Shown piece after piece: positions 48,669-58,233 of a DNA stretch of 64,000 nucleotides. The stretch covers positions 17,267 to 81,266 of the IMG/VR virus record IMGVR_UViG_3300047552_000145. One strand, 5' to 3'. Under the pieces are notes generated by a model. That model worked only from the letters and a program-made list of their open reading frames with translations. It made no database searches and was not told the origin of the DNA. Position 1 is the first letter of the stretch. The number at the start of each line of letters is the position of its first letter. The stretch is from a virus. Position numbers and translations under genes: made by a program.

Positions 48669-51584
48669 ATGCCGTTTCAATTATCTCCAGGCGTTGCAGT
48701 CGTAGAAAAAGACTTTACTTCTATCGTTCCTGCCGTAGCAACCTCCATCGGTGCGTTTGCTGGTCAGTTCGACTGGGGTCCAGTTTTGGAGCCAATCACA
48801 ATTACCTCAGAAGATGAGCTAGTTCGTCGTTTTGGTACACCAAACAACAATAACTTCCAGTCTTTCTTTACAGCTGCTAACTTCCTATCTTATTCTAATA
48901 ACCTACTATTAGTTCGTCAACAAACTACTAACATGAAGAACGCTGTTGTTACTCCAACAGGATCTATTTCTTCAATTACAGTAGTTAATGCTGGTACTGG
49001 TTATGATTCATTAGGTTCTGCACCAAGCGTACAAGTTTTAACAGAAGGTTTAATTGCTACTGTTACTGTTACTAACCAAGGCGCAGGATACGTGTCAGAC
49101 ATTGACACATTCCCAACAGTAGAAATTAGCGACCCAACTGGTTCTGGTGCTATCTTAGAAGCAAACGTTTCTAATGGTAAGATTATGTCTATTGACATCA
49201 TCGCCCCAGGAGCAGGGTATACAAACCCAACGCTTACTATCACTGGCGGACAAGGTGCTGGTGCAACTGCAACTGCAACTGTTAAAAACGTTCAAGAACC
49301 AGGTGGCGTTCAACCTGTGGTTCAAGCTGTTCTTTCTGGCGGCGCAATCACTGCTGTTAACTTATCTTCTGGTGGTACTGGTTATACTTCTGTGCCAACT
49401 GTTAGCATTATTGCAGCTCAAGGTGATACTGGTAATGGTGCAACTGCAACTGCAGTTCTTTCTGGATCTCCGATTACTGCCGTTAGCGTAACTTCTTCTG
49501 GTTCTAATTATAGCTCCCCAACTGTTAGTTTTACTGGTGGTGCTGGTTCTGGCGCTGCAGCAACTGCAGTTCTTTCTGGTCCAGTTTCTTCTATCACATT
49601 GATCAACGCAGGTTCTGGTTATACAACTGCTCCTACTATTTCCATCTCTGGTGGTGGTGGTACTGGCGCAACTGCTGTTGCAACAACAGACGGTAATGAG
49701 ATTACTTCTATCTCTATCGTTTCTGGTGGTACTGGTTATACTTCTGAACCAACTGTTACAATTACAGGCGGCGGTGGTACTGGCGCAGTTGCTGACTCTG
49801 TTGTAGATTACAACGTGATCAAATCTATCACTATCACTGCTGGTGGTACTGGTTATACTTCTGCTCCAACTGTAACTATCACTGACTCTACTGGTTCTGG
49901 CGCAACTGCAACTGCAACTGTTGGTACTAGCTCTATTGCTTCTATCTCTATTGCTACTGGTGGTACTGGTTATAAAAATTTCCCAACTGTTACTATCTCT
50001 GGTGGTGGCGGTTCTGGAGCTGCTGTTGGTTCAGTTACTCTTGGTTCTTCTTCTATTACATCTTTTGTTGTAACAGAAGGTGGTACTGGTCTTTCTGGTG
50101 CACCATCAATTCTAATTGAAGATGCTGCTTCCGAAAATGGTGTAACTGCTATTGCTACTGCAAACATCACTACTGCTGGTGTTGCTATCCTTAACGGTCA
50201 ATTCTACTCTGCTAACTTTATTAACGGTGGTGGTGTTACTGGTGAGTGGGCTGCTAAGTATCCAGGCAAACTAGGTAACTCCCTAAAAGTTTCTATGGCT
50301 GACCGCGACACTTATGCAACTTGGGCTTACAAAGATGAGTTCGACGCTGCTCCAGGAACATCTGAAGGTGCTGCGGTTATCGGTGGTTCTAACGATGAAA
50401 TGCACATCATCGTTATTGACGAAAAGGGTTATATCTCTGGCGTTGAGAACGCTGTACTAGAAAAGTTCGCATTCGTATCTAAGGCTTCTGATAATAAGAA
50501 ACCAGACGGTACAAACAACTACTACAAAGACGTTATCAACGGTCGCTCTGAGTGGTTGTGGTGGACTGATCACACTGATATGGTTGTTGGTGGTTATGAA
50601 GATAACAACTGGGGTACTGTAATGGCTGGAACTGCGTTCAAGTCTATGACTTCTCCTCTAACACAGTCTCTATCTGGTGGTATCGACGATAACTCTTCAA
50701 CTGACGGTCAAAAGATGGCTGCATACGAGTTGTTCTCTAACGCTACTCTATATGACGTTAGCTTGATCATGATGGGTAAAGCAAATGCAACTGTTGTTAA
50801 CTATGTTATCGACAACGTTGCTCTAACTCGTCTAGACGCTGTTGTATTCATCTCTCCAGAAGATGTTGAATCTGGCGAAGTTATTATTGGCGATGGCGCA
50901 GCTTCAGTCAACAAGATTATCGACTTCCGTAACGAATTGGGTTCTAACTCTTACTCTGTAATGGATTCTGGTTATAAGTACCAGTATGACCGCTACAATG
51001 ACGTGTATCGTTGGGTTCCATTGAACGGTGACATCGCTGGTCTGTGTGCTCGTACTGACTACACTAACGATCCATGGTGGTCTCCAGGTGGTCTAAACCG
51101 TGGTCAGATCAAGAACGTTGTTCGCTTGTCTTGCAACCCTAACCAAACAATGCGCGATAACCTGTATCGTAACTCTGTTAACCCAGTTGTTACTTTCCCA
51201 GGTCAAGGTACTGTGTTGTTCGGTGATAAGACTCTATTGGCTAAACCAAGTGCTTTCGACCGTATCAACGTTCGTCGCTTGTTTATCGTTCTTGAGAAGT
51301 CTATCGCGACTGCTGCTAAGTATCAGTTGTTCGAATTTAACGATGCGTTCACTCGTGGTCAGTTCAAGAACCTAATTGAACCGTTCCTACGTGACGTACA
51401 AGGTCGTCGTGGTATTACCGACTTCCTAGTTAAGTGTGATGAGTCTAACAACAGTGGTGAAGTTATCGACCGTAACGAATTCGTTGCCGACATCTTCGTT
51501 AAACCAACTCGTTCTATCAACTTTATTACTCTTAACTTCGTGGCTGCTCGTTCTGCTATTGCCTTCAGCGAGCTAGGTGGCTAA
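48669..51584 (+). CDS. gp18: Tail sheath protein with ~400-aa repeat insertion
   Basis: FQLSPGV.V.EKD, F.WGP, AKYPG..GN.L.V, DSG.KYQYD.YND..RW.PLNGD.AG, FDRINVRRLF, FVADI..KP.RSINFI.LNF. Confidence 0.97.
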   Translation: MPFQLSPGVAVVEKDFTSIVPAVATSIGAFAGQFDWGPVLEPITITSEDELVRRFGTPNNNNFQSFFTAANFLSYSNNLLLVRQQTTNMKNAVVTPTGSISSITVVNAGTGYDSLGSAPSVQVLTEGLIATVTVTNQGAGYVSDIDTFPTVEISDPTGSGAILEANVSNGKIMSIDIIAPGAGYTNPTLTITGGQGAGATATATVKNVQEPGGVQPVVQAVLSGGAITAVNLSSGGTGYTSVPTVSIIAAQGDTGNGATATAVLSGSPITAVSVTSSGSNYSSPTVSFTGGAGSGAAATAVLSGPVSSITLINAGSGYTTAPTISISGGGGTGATAVATTDGNEITSISIVSGGTGYTSEPTVTITGGGGTGAVADSVVDYNVIKSITITAGGTGYTSAPTVTITDSTGSGATATATVGTSSIASISIATGGTGYKNFPTVTISGGGGSGAAVGSVTLGSSSITSFVVTEGGTGLSGAPSILIEDAASENGVTAIATANITTAGVAILNGQFYSANFINGGGVTGEWAAKYPGKLGNSLKVSMADRDTYATWAYKDEFDAAPGTSEGAAVIGGSNDEMHIIVIDEKGYISGVENAVLEKFAFVSKASDNKKPDGTNNYYKDVINGRSEWLWWTDHTDMVVGGYEDNNWGTVMAGTAFKSMTSPLTQSLSGGIDDNSSTDGQKMAAYELFSNATLYDVSLIMMGKANATVVNYVIDNVALTRLDAVVFISPEDVESGEVIIGDGAASVNKIIDFRNELGSNSYSVMDSGYKYQYDRYNDVYRWVPLNGDIAGLCARTDYTNDPWWSPGGLNRGQIKNVVRLSCNPNQTMRDNLYRNSVNPVVTFPGQGTVLFGDKTLLAKPSAFDRINVRRLFIVLEKSIATAAKYQLFEFNDAFTRGQFKNLIEPFLRDVQGRRGITDFLVKCDESNNSGEVIDRNEFVADIFVKPTRSINFITLNFVAARSAIAFSELGG

Positions 51585-51590
51585 TAATAG

Positions 51591-51616
51591 ATGAGGGGAA
51601 GAAATTCCCCTCGTTT
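51591..51616 (+). terminator. Stem-loop/terminator after gene 18
   Basis: GAGGGGAA-GAAA-TTCCCCTC followed by GTTT. Confidence 0.7.
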
Positions 51617-51622
51617 ATAACG

Positions 51623-51630
51623 AATAAATA
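51623..51630 (+). promoter_or_regulatory. Late promoter (AATAAATA) for gene 19
   Basis: Core motif followed by an AAGGAG SD. Confidence 0.65.
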
Positions 51631-51654
51631 TAGGTAATAACAAGGAGATTTTAA

Positions 51655-52242
51655 ATGGCAAATATTGCTGACTTTAAAGCCCAGATGATCGGTGGTGGTG
51701 CACGTCCGAACCAATTCAGAGTTGAGTTGACTTTCCCATCATTCGTTACTCTAGGTGTTATTGCTGGTCAAAGAGCACAGTTCCTATGCCGTGCTGCATC
51801 TTTACCTGCATCAACTATTGAAACAATTTCTATCCCGTATCGTGGTCGTCCAGTGAACTTCGCTGGCGAGCGTTCATTCCAACCTTGGACTGTTTCGATT
51901 TACAACGATACGACTTTCAACATCCGTAATGCTCTTGAGCAATGGCAATCTGGTATTCAACAATACAATACAACTAACGGTCGTACTAACCCTACTGACT
52001 ACCAAGTTGACTTGTCTGTTCACCAGCTAGACCGTAACGGTGCAACTATCAAATCGTACAAGTTTACTGATGCGTTCCCAACTAACATTGGCGCTATCAC
52101 TCTAGACTACGAACAACAAAACGCTATCGAACAATTCGACGTTGAATTTATCTACAACTTCTTCACTTCTAATGAAGGTGCTGGTGCTAACTTCGGTATT
52201 AACGTGGGTATCAATACACCAGTTGGTACTTTCCCAGTTTAA
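51655..52242 (+). CDS. gp19: Tail tube protein
   Basis: GGGARPNQF.V, C.AA.LP.S, GR....AG.R.F..W, ND..F..R, V.QLDR.G. Confidence 0.96.
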   Translation: MANIADFKAQMIGGGARPNQFRVELTFPSFVTLGVIAGQRAQFLCRAASLPASTIETISIPYRGRPVNFAGERSFQPWTVSIYNDTTFNIRNALEQWQSGIQQYNTTNGRTNPTDYQVDLSVHQLDRNGATIKSYKFTDAFPTNIGAITLDYEQQNAIEQFDVEFIYNFFTSNEGAGANFGINVGINTPVGTFPV

Positions 52243-52262
52243 TCTAGAAGGATAAGTATATA

Positions 52263-53999
52263 ATGCAGCTTTTTGGCTTTGAAATCAAACGTGCGAAAGA
52301 TGAGCAGGTTCTACCGATTCCTTCGGTAGTTCCTCCATCAAACCAAGACGGCTCCACCATAGTAAATACTGGCGTAAATGCTGGTGGATACTATGGCATG
52401 GTTGTCGACTTAGATGCATCCCTAAAAAACGAAAACGACCTTATTCGTCGTTACCGTGAGATTGCCCAATACACCGATTGTGATGCTGCTATTGAAGACA
52501 TCATTAATGAGGCACTTATCTCTGATGAAACTAAACAACCTATCGAGATTATTCTTGATGACCTAAAGGTTTCATCAGGTATTAAAAATAAAATCACGGA
52601 TGAGTTCTCTGAGGTTCTTAGACTATTAAAGTTTAACGATCGCGGGCACGAGATTTTCCGTCAATGGTATATTGATGGACGCTTGTATTACCAAGTATTG
52701 TTAGATGATTCTAATGTTAAGGCTGGTATTCAAGAATTACGTTTTATTGACCCCCGTAAGATCCGTAAAATTAAAAACATCAAGAAGGAGAAAACTCCTC
52801 AAGGTGTCGAAATTGTTAAGACAATGGAAGAGTTCTACCTTTACAACGATAAGGGTATGAGTGAGCAATCTACACAAGGTGTAAAACTTCCGTTGGATTC
52901 TGTGGTTCACTGTCCATCAGGCGTTATGGATATGAACTCTGGTATGACGCTTTCTCACTTACATAAAGCGATCAAACCAACTAACCAATTAAAGATGATC
53001 GAAGACTCTTTGGTTATCTATCGTATCTCCCGTGCGCCAGAACGTAGAATTTTCTACGTTGACGTTGGTAACTTACCAAAGCTAAAAGCTGAACAGTATG
53101 TTAACGACATCATGAACAAGTTCCGTAATAAGATTGTTTATGATGCAACTACTGGTGAAACTCGCGATGACCGTCGTCACCTATCAATGATGGAAGACTT
53201 CTGGATGCCTCGTCGTGAAGGTGGTAAGGGTACAGAAATTTCTACACTTCCTGGCGGTCAAAACCTTGGCGCCATTGAAGATATTGAATACTTCCAAAAT
53301 AAACTTTATCACTCATTGAACGTACCTGTTAGCCGTATGCAACAGTCCGAAGGTTTCTCTATCGGGCGTTCAAATGAAATTACTCGTGATGAAGTTAAGT
53401 TCAACAAGTTCATCGTTAGACTTCGTAAGAAGTTCGCTGTGCTTTTCTTGGAAGCTCTAAAGGTTCAATTAGTTGCCAAGAACATTATCAATATCAGAGA
53501 GTGGGACGATATCCGTCATGGTATTCGTTTCGACTATCTAGAAGATAACCATTATTCTGAACTTAAAGACGCCGAGTTGTTAACACAACGTGTGACATTG
53601 TTGACTCAGATGGAACCATTTATTGGTCGTTTCTATTCCGACGAATGGATCAAGCGTAACTTATTACGCATGACTGACGATCAAATTGAGTTGATGGATA
53701 AGCAAATTAAAGCAAGTCTACAAACTAATATCACGTTCGCTCAGAACAAGGGTGACCAACAGTTGGCTCAACAACAGCCTACTATGGAATTTCAAGCGCA
53801 GCAACAACAAGCTCAAATGCAACAGCAAGCTGAACTGCAACAAGGTCAACAACCTGCTCCAGCTGCAGCACCAGCAGCTTCTGCTCAACAGAAGGCTTCT
53901 TCTGAAGCAAAGGCTCAAAAGTCTGCTGATAAGAGCGAAAAGCGTGCAGGTAAAACTACTGCTACTGGCGAACAAAAAAGCGGCAATTGGCCACAATAA
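52263..53999 (+). CDS. gp20: Portal vertex protein
   Basis: LFGF.I, WY.DGR, DPRKI, LHKAIKP.NQL.M.ED.LVIYR..RAPERRIFY.DVGN.PK.KAEQY, EDFW.PRREGG.GTEI.TLPG. Confidence 0.97.
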   Translation: MQLFGFEIKRAKDEQVLPIPSVVPPSNQDGSTIVNTGVNAGGYYGMVVDLDASLKNENDLIRRYREIAQYTDCDAAIEDIINEALISDETKQPIEIILDDLKVSSGIKNKITDEFSEVLRLLKFNDRGHEIFRQWYIDGRLYYQVLLDDSNVKAGIQELRFIDPRKIRKIKNIKKEKTPQGVEIVKTMEEFYLYNDKGMSEQSTQGVKLPLDSVVHCPSGVMDMNSGMTLSHLHKAIKPTNQLKMIEDSLVIYRISRAPERRIFYVDVGNLPKLKAEQYVNDIMNKFRNKIVYDATTGETRDDRRHLSMMEDFWMPRREGGKGTEISTLPGGQNLGAIEDIEYFQNKLYHSLNVPVSRMQQSEGFSIGRSNEITRDEVKFNKFIVRLRKKFAVLFLEALKVQLVAKNIINIREWDDIRHGIRFDYLEDNHYSELKDAELLTQRVTLLTQMEPFIGRFYSDEWIKRNLLRMTDDQIELMDKQIKASLQTNITFAQNKGDQQLAQQQPTMEFQAQQQQAQMQQQAELQQGQQPAPAAAPAASAQQKASSEAKAQKSADKSEKRAGKTTATGEQKSGNWPQ

Positions 54000-54014
54000 T
54001 ACTGAAGGAAAATT

Positions 54015-54203
54015 ATGTCTACAACATTAGAATTAATCAACGCTATCGCAAGCGGTAATGCAGTTGACACTGAAGGTGCTTTTAACGCAGCTATGGCAGA
54101 AAAGATTTCTGCAAAGCTAGATGATTTACGTGTTAACATTGCGCACAATATGTTTAACGCAGTTGCCCCGCAAGAAGAAACTACCGCAACCGATCAAGAG
54201 TAA
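54015..54203 (+). CDS. Small prohead core protein (gp67-like)
   Basis: LI.AI..G....E..F...M..KI...L motif. Position directly after the portal gene. Confidence 0.7.
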   Translation: MSTTLELINAIASGNAVDTEGAFNAAMAEKISAKLDDLRVNIAHNMFNAVAPQEETTATDQE

Positions 54204-54204
54204 T

Positions 54205-54630
54205 ATGCACTTTAAGCAATTCATTTCTACTATGCGACAGAAACACCAAGAGGAGCAGAACGCTTCTCTTGTTGAAGAAGTCACTAAAGAAATTTATGAA
54301 GAAATCCCAAACACTAAGGTGGCTGAGATCATCAAAGAGTATCACGAAGTAAAAGTTACTGATACGCTTATTGAATCATACTTGGAATTGGCTTCATCTA
54401 ATATCTTTTCAGTAGATCCAGTTATCTGTGAATTGCGCAAGTACAACAAATTAGACCGTTTGGTCGAAGGTAAACTAAACTACACGTTGAATGATGGTAC
54501 AGTCATTGCTATTAGCGAGTCAACGCAAGATTACCTAAATAACTTATTATGTAATCAAAACGAAATAATTGAGTACATGAGAGAGTCTAAACAGAACTTC
54601 TTATATGTACTTGAAAGAATCGGGGAATAA
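54205..54630 (+). CDS. Putative prohead core/internal protein (gp68 position)
   Basis: ATG 1 nt after the upstream stop. Acidic, with many I/L-x-E motifs of the gp21 cleavage type. Confidence 0.6.
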   Translation: MHFKQFISTMRQKHQEEQNASLVEEVTKEIYEEIPNTKVAEIIKEYHEVKVTDTLIESYLELASSNIFSVDPVICELRKYNKLDRLVEGKLNYTLNDGTVIAISESTQDYLNNLLCNQNEIIEYMRESKQNFLYVLERIGE

Positions 54631-54633
54631 CAA

Positions 54634-55062
54634 ATGGCAATGACATTTACAACTGTCAAGAATACTAACCTAGAGACTGTGATTCACTTCACATCTTCTG
54701 CTGCTGAGTCAGGCACTATTACTATTGCTGATTTGGCTGCTGCTTCTCAAGCACGTAACTCTGATGCACCTAACGTTACAATCGTTAAGTGGAGTGTGCA
54801 TGGAGAGCTTGGTTCTAAAGTAACTATCAATCGCAATAGCAAAATCGTTATTGCATGCGCTCCAGAGAATGCTCCATATATGGAAGCTAACTCTTGGGGT
54901 ATTCCAATCAACAACGATGCTACTTACGATATCGTTGTAACTAACGGTGCAGCTAAAGACGTATCAGGTTTCTTGGTATTGCGTAAAGTTGCTGGTTGGT
55001 CAACTAAAGTTGAAACTGCTACTTATAGCGTTTATGATGATACAACTGCAGTAGGAAGCTAA
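54634..55062 (+). CDS. Hypothetical head-associated protein
   Basis: 142-aa beta-rich ORF between the core genes and the protease. Confidence 0.7.
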   Translation: MAMTFTTVKNTNLETVIHFTSSAAESGTITIADLAAASQARNSDAPNVTIVKWSVHGELGSKVTINRNSKIVIACAPENAPYMEANSWGIPINNDATYDIVVTNGAAKDVSGFLVLRKVAGWSTKVETATYSVYDDTTAVGS

Positions 55063-55063
55063 A

Positions 55064-55714
55064 ATGAAACTAATTAAAGAAGTATTCGACACAACTAATC
55101 TTATCGTTGAAGGTAAAAACGGTAAGAAGGATTACTTTATTGAAGGTATCTTCCTTCAATCAGCTCTAAAGAACCGCAACGGTCGTATGTATCCAGAACA
55201 TGTTATGGATAGAGAAGTCGGTCGTTATATGCAAGAGTCAGTAAAAATGAATCGCGCATACGGTGAATTAGGTCACCCAGATACTCCAAGCATTAATCTT
55301 GACCGTGTATCCCACATGATCGTTGACCTTCGTAAAGAAGGTACTAACTACATTGGTCGCGCAAAGATTATGGAAACCCCAATGGGTAATATTGCACGTG
55401 GTCTACTAGACGGCGGAGCAAACCTTGGTGTTTCATCCAGAGCACTTGGTTCATTGAAAATGAACAATGAAGGTGTTAATGTGGTACAAGATGACTTCAT
55501 GTTATCTACTGCCGCTGACATCGTTGCTGATCCATCTGCTCCAGACGCTTATGTCCGTGGTATCATGGAAAGCAAGGAGTGGGCTTTTGTGGATGGAAAA
55601 TTTGTGGAAAGAGATATTGAGGAAGCTCAGAAGTTTATTCGCCGTGCATCAAGCAAGCAATTGCAAGAAGCTAAAGTAATAGCCTTCCAAAATTTCCTGA
55701 GTAAAATTAAATAA
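55064..55714 (+). CDS. gp21: Prohead protease
   Basis: IEGIFLQ...KNRNGR.YP, GELGHP, R.SH, GVSSRALGS, D.VADPSAPDA.V. Confidence 0.97.
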   Translation: MKLIKEVFDTTNLIVEGKNGKKDYFIEGIFLQSALKNRNGRMYPEHVMDREVGRYMQESVKMNRAYGELGHPDTPSINLDRVSHMIVDLRKEGTNYIGRAKIMETPMGNIARGLLDGGANLGVSSRALGSLKMNNEGVNVVQDDFMLSTAADIVADPSAPDAYVRGIMESKEWAFVDGKFVERDIEEAQKFIRRASSKQLQEAKVIAFQNFLSKIK

Positions 55715-55716
55715 TT

Positions 55717-55724
55717 TATAAATA
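55717..55724 (+). promoter_or_regulatory. Late promoter (TATAAATA) for genes 22-23
   Basis: Perfect T4 late consensus with an AGGAG SD downstream. Confidence 0.85.
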
Positions 55725-55758
55725 ATCTTATAGAACTATCCAGTTAGGAGAACAACCG

Positions 55759-56790
55759 ATGTCAATCGAACAAAAAATCGCTGAACTTCTTGCTGAGTCT
55801 CGCAAGGCTCAGGAGATCCAAGAAGAAAAAGTTAAACCAGATGGCGCACAAGGTGGTAGCGATTCTACTACTCAAGGCGCACATGCTGCTGACAAATCTG
55901 GTAACCCATCTAAGGGTGACGCAGTTAAACCAACACATGCTGGTGAAAACCCAGACGTAGCACGTAACAACGTGACTGACGAAAAGCAAGCCGAAGTTTC
56001 TCACGAAGCTGGCGCTTTCAACCCAAAGAATGGTGACCGTACTTCTATCCGTCAAGGTGACGCAGTTAAGGCTGGCGTTAAAGAAGACATGGACGCTCTA
56101 TTCACTGGCGAAGAACTAACAGAAGAATTTAAAGAGAAAGCTACTACAATCTTTGAAGCAGCCGTAATGGTTCGCGTTAAAGAAGAAGTTGCACGTCTCG
56201 AAGAAGAATTTGCAGCACAGCTACAAGAAGCTACTGCATCTCAAATTGAGGGTCTTGTTGAACAAGTTGATGGATACCTTGGCTATATTGCCGAGCAGTG
56301 GATTGCACAGAATGAATTAGCCCTTGAAAATGGCATTAAGTCCGAAATCGTTGAGAGCTTCATCACTGGTATGAAGGGTCTATTCGAAGAACATTATATT
56401 GATGTTCCAGAAGAGAAGTATGACGTACTAGGTGAGATGGAAGAAACTATTGCTTCTCTAGAAGCAAAGTTGAACGAGCAAGTAGAAACTAACGTTGCTT
56501 TAACTAAGCAATTGTCTGAGTCTGCTAAAGCTCAAATCGTAGCAGAAGCTGCTGAAGGTCTATCAGACGTTGAAGCAGAAAAGTTCCAAGGTCTAGTTGA
56601 AGAACTAACTTTTGAATCTGCTGATGCATTCGCAACTAAAGTAAAGACTTTACGTGAGAGCTATTTCACTAAACAAACTACTGAAGTTAAGTCAGTTGTA
56701 ACTGACACTCCAGTCGAAACTCTAACTGAAGAGAAGAAAGTAGAAATCGACCCTTTGATGGCTCGCTACGTTTCTGCTCTAACTAAATAA
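55759..56790 (+). CDS. gp22: Prohead core scaffold protein
   Basis: L.EEFKEKA.TIFEAAV, VD.YL.Y..E.W...N..A.E.GI..E..ESF..G.K.LF.EHY.DVP.EK.DV. Confidence 0.95.
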   Translation: MSIEQKIAELLAESRKAQEIQEEKVKPDGAQGGSDSTTQGAHAADKSGNPSKGDAVKPTHAGENPDVARNNVTDEKQAEVSHEAGAFNPKNGDRTSIRQGDAVKAGVKEDMDALFTGEELTEEFKEKATTIFEAAVMVRVKEEVARLEEEFAAQLQEATASQIEGLVEQVDGYLGYIAEQWIAQNELALENGIKSEIVESFITGMKGLFEEHYIDVPEEKYDVLGEMEETIASLEAKLNEQVETNVALTKQLSESAKAQIVAEAAEGLSDVEAEKFQGLVEELTFESADAFATKVKTLRESYFTKQTTEVKSVVTDTPVETLTEEKKVEIDPLMARYVSALTK

Positions 56791-56816
56791 TCTTTTTATC
56801 TTAAAGGAAAATAGAA

Positions 56817-58142
56817 ATGACAACTCGTCAACAACTAATGGAAAAATGGGCACCAGTCCTTAATCACGAAGGTGCACCAAAGATCGCTGATAACTACCGT
56901 AAGGAAGTTACTGCTGTTCTTCTAGAAAACCAAGAGCGCGAAATGCGCAAGCAAGCTGAAGCACTTTTCGAAACTGCTCCAACTAACTCTACTGGTGGCC
57001 AAATTGGCGTAGTAGGTTCTGGCGCTGGTATCGGTGGTGTTGCTGGTTTCGACCCAGTGTTGATCAGCTTGGTTCGCCGTGCTATGCCTCAACTTATCGC
57101 TTATGACATCGCTGGCGTTCAGCCAATGACTCAACCAACTGGCTTGATCTTCGCAATGAAGTCTCGCTATGGTTCTCCAAGCGGCAACGAAGCTCTATTC
57201 AACGAAGCTGATTCTGACTACTCTGGTACTGGTACTCACTCTACTACTCTAGACGGTGACACTCTAGCATCTCAAACTAACGGTACTGGTATGGCTACTA
57301 CTGCTGCAGAACGTCTAGGTCAAGGTGGTTCTGGTGACGGTACTTTCGGTCAAATGGCATTCTCTATCGAGAAGACTTCTGTAACTGCAAAGACTCGTGC
57401 TTTGAAGGCAGAATACTCTATCGAACTAGCACAAGACATGAAGTCTGTGCATGGTTTGGACGCTGAAGGCGAATTGTCTAACATTTTGTCTGCAGAAATC
57501 TTGACTGAAATCAACCGTGAAGTTGTGCGTACTGTGTACCGCACTGCTAAGGTTGGTGCTCAAGTTGGTACTGCTACTGCTGGTACTTTCGACTTGGACG
57601 TTGACTCTAACGGTCGTTGGTCTGTTGAAAAGTTCAAGGGTCTATTGTTCCAAATCGAACGCGAAGCGAACGCTGTTGGTCAATTGACACGTCGTGGTCG
57701 CGCGAACTTCATCATCACTTCTGCTGACGTTGCGTCTGCATTGGCGATGGCTGGTGTTCTTGACTACACTCCTGCTTTGAACGGCAATAACAGCTTGAAC
57801 GTAGATGACACTTCTACTACTTTCGCTGGTGTTCTAAACGGCAAGTACAAAGTTTATGTTGATCCATATGCAGCTAACATCTCTGCTAACCAATACTTCG
57901 TTTGCGGTTACAAGGGTACTTCTGCTTTCGACGCTGGCTTGTTCTACTGCCCATACGTTCCTCTACAAATGGTTCGTGCTGTTGATCCAAACAGCTTCCA
58001 ACCAAAGATTGGCTTCAAGACTCGTTACGGTCTAGTTGCTAACCCATTCGTTAACTTGGATGACGGCACTTCTGGTCAAGACAACTTGACTTCTGATGCC
58101 AACTACTACTACCGTAAAGTTAAGGTTACTAACCTAATGTAA
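56817..58142 (+). CDS. gp23: Major capsid protein
   Basis: KW.P.L, LLENQE, FDPVLISLVRR.MP.LIA.DI.GVQPM..PTG, K.RALKAEYS.ELAQD..S.HG.DAE, GRW.VEKFK, YCPYVPL, FQPKIGFKTRYG. Confidence 0.98.
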   Translation: MTTRQQLMEKWAPVLNHEGAPKIADNYRKEVTAVLLENQEREMRKQAEALFETAPTNSTGGQIGVVGSGAGIGGVAGFDPVLISLVRRAMPQLIAYDIAGVQPMTQPTGLIFAMKSRYGSPSGNEALFNEADSDYSGTGTHSTTLDGDTLASQTNGTGMATTAAERLGQGGSGDGTFGQMAFSIEKTSVTAKTRALKAEYSIELAQDMKSVHGLDAEGELSNILSAEILTEINREVVRTVYRTAKVGAQVGTATAGTFDLDVDSNGRWSVEKFKGLLFQIEREANAVGQLTRRGRANFIITSADVASALAMAGVLDYTPALNGNNSLNVDDTSTTFAGVLNGKYKVYVDPYAANISANQYFVCGYKGTSAFDAGLFYCPYVPLQMVRAVDPNSFQPKIGFKTRYGLVANPFVNLDDGTSGQDNLTSDANYYYRKVKVTNLM

Positions 58143-58190
58143 TCGGCTAAGTCGGTTTTTAAAGAAGCCGACGTAGAAGCGGTACTTTCA

Positions 58191-58214
58191 GGGGAGCTTC
58201 GGCTCCCCTTTTTC
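58191..58214 (+). terminator. Rho-independent terminator after gene 23
   Basis: GGGGAGC-TTCG-GCTCCCC-TTTTT with a C(UUCG)G tetraloop. Confidence 0.93.
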
Positions 58215-58220
58215 ATGGAG

Positions 58221-58228
58221 TATAAATA
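58221..58228 (+). promoter_or_regulatory. Late promoter (TATAAATA) for gene 3
   Basis: Perfect consensus 5 nt before the ATG. Confidence 0.85.
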
Positions 58229-58233
58229 CTAGT

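Noticed and set aside
48960-50170. Regularly spaced DNA repeats resembling a CRISPR array
   Set aside because: The repeats are degenerate, in frame within gp18 and encode protein repeats. No cas genes are present.
54121-54204. Longer ORF-track starts (54121, 59205, 41713, 6842, 4980)
   Set aside because: They overlap upstream genes or lack an SD. The downstream ATGs (54205, 59232, 41725, 6797, 4968) fit coupling, SD position or family N-termini better.
55915-56070. 14-bp direct repeat GGTGACGCAGTTAA in gene 22
   Set aside because: It encodes a short GDAVK peptide duplication in the variable scaffold N-terminus, with no sign of a mobile element or att site.
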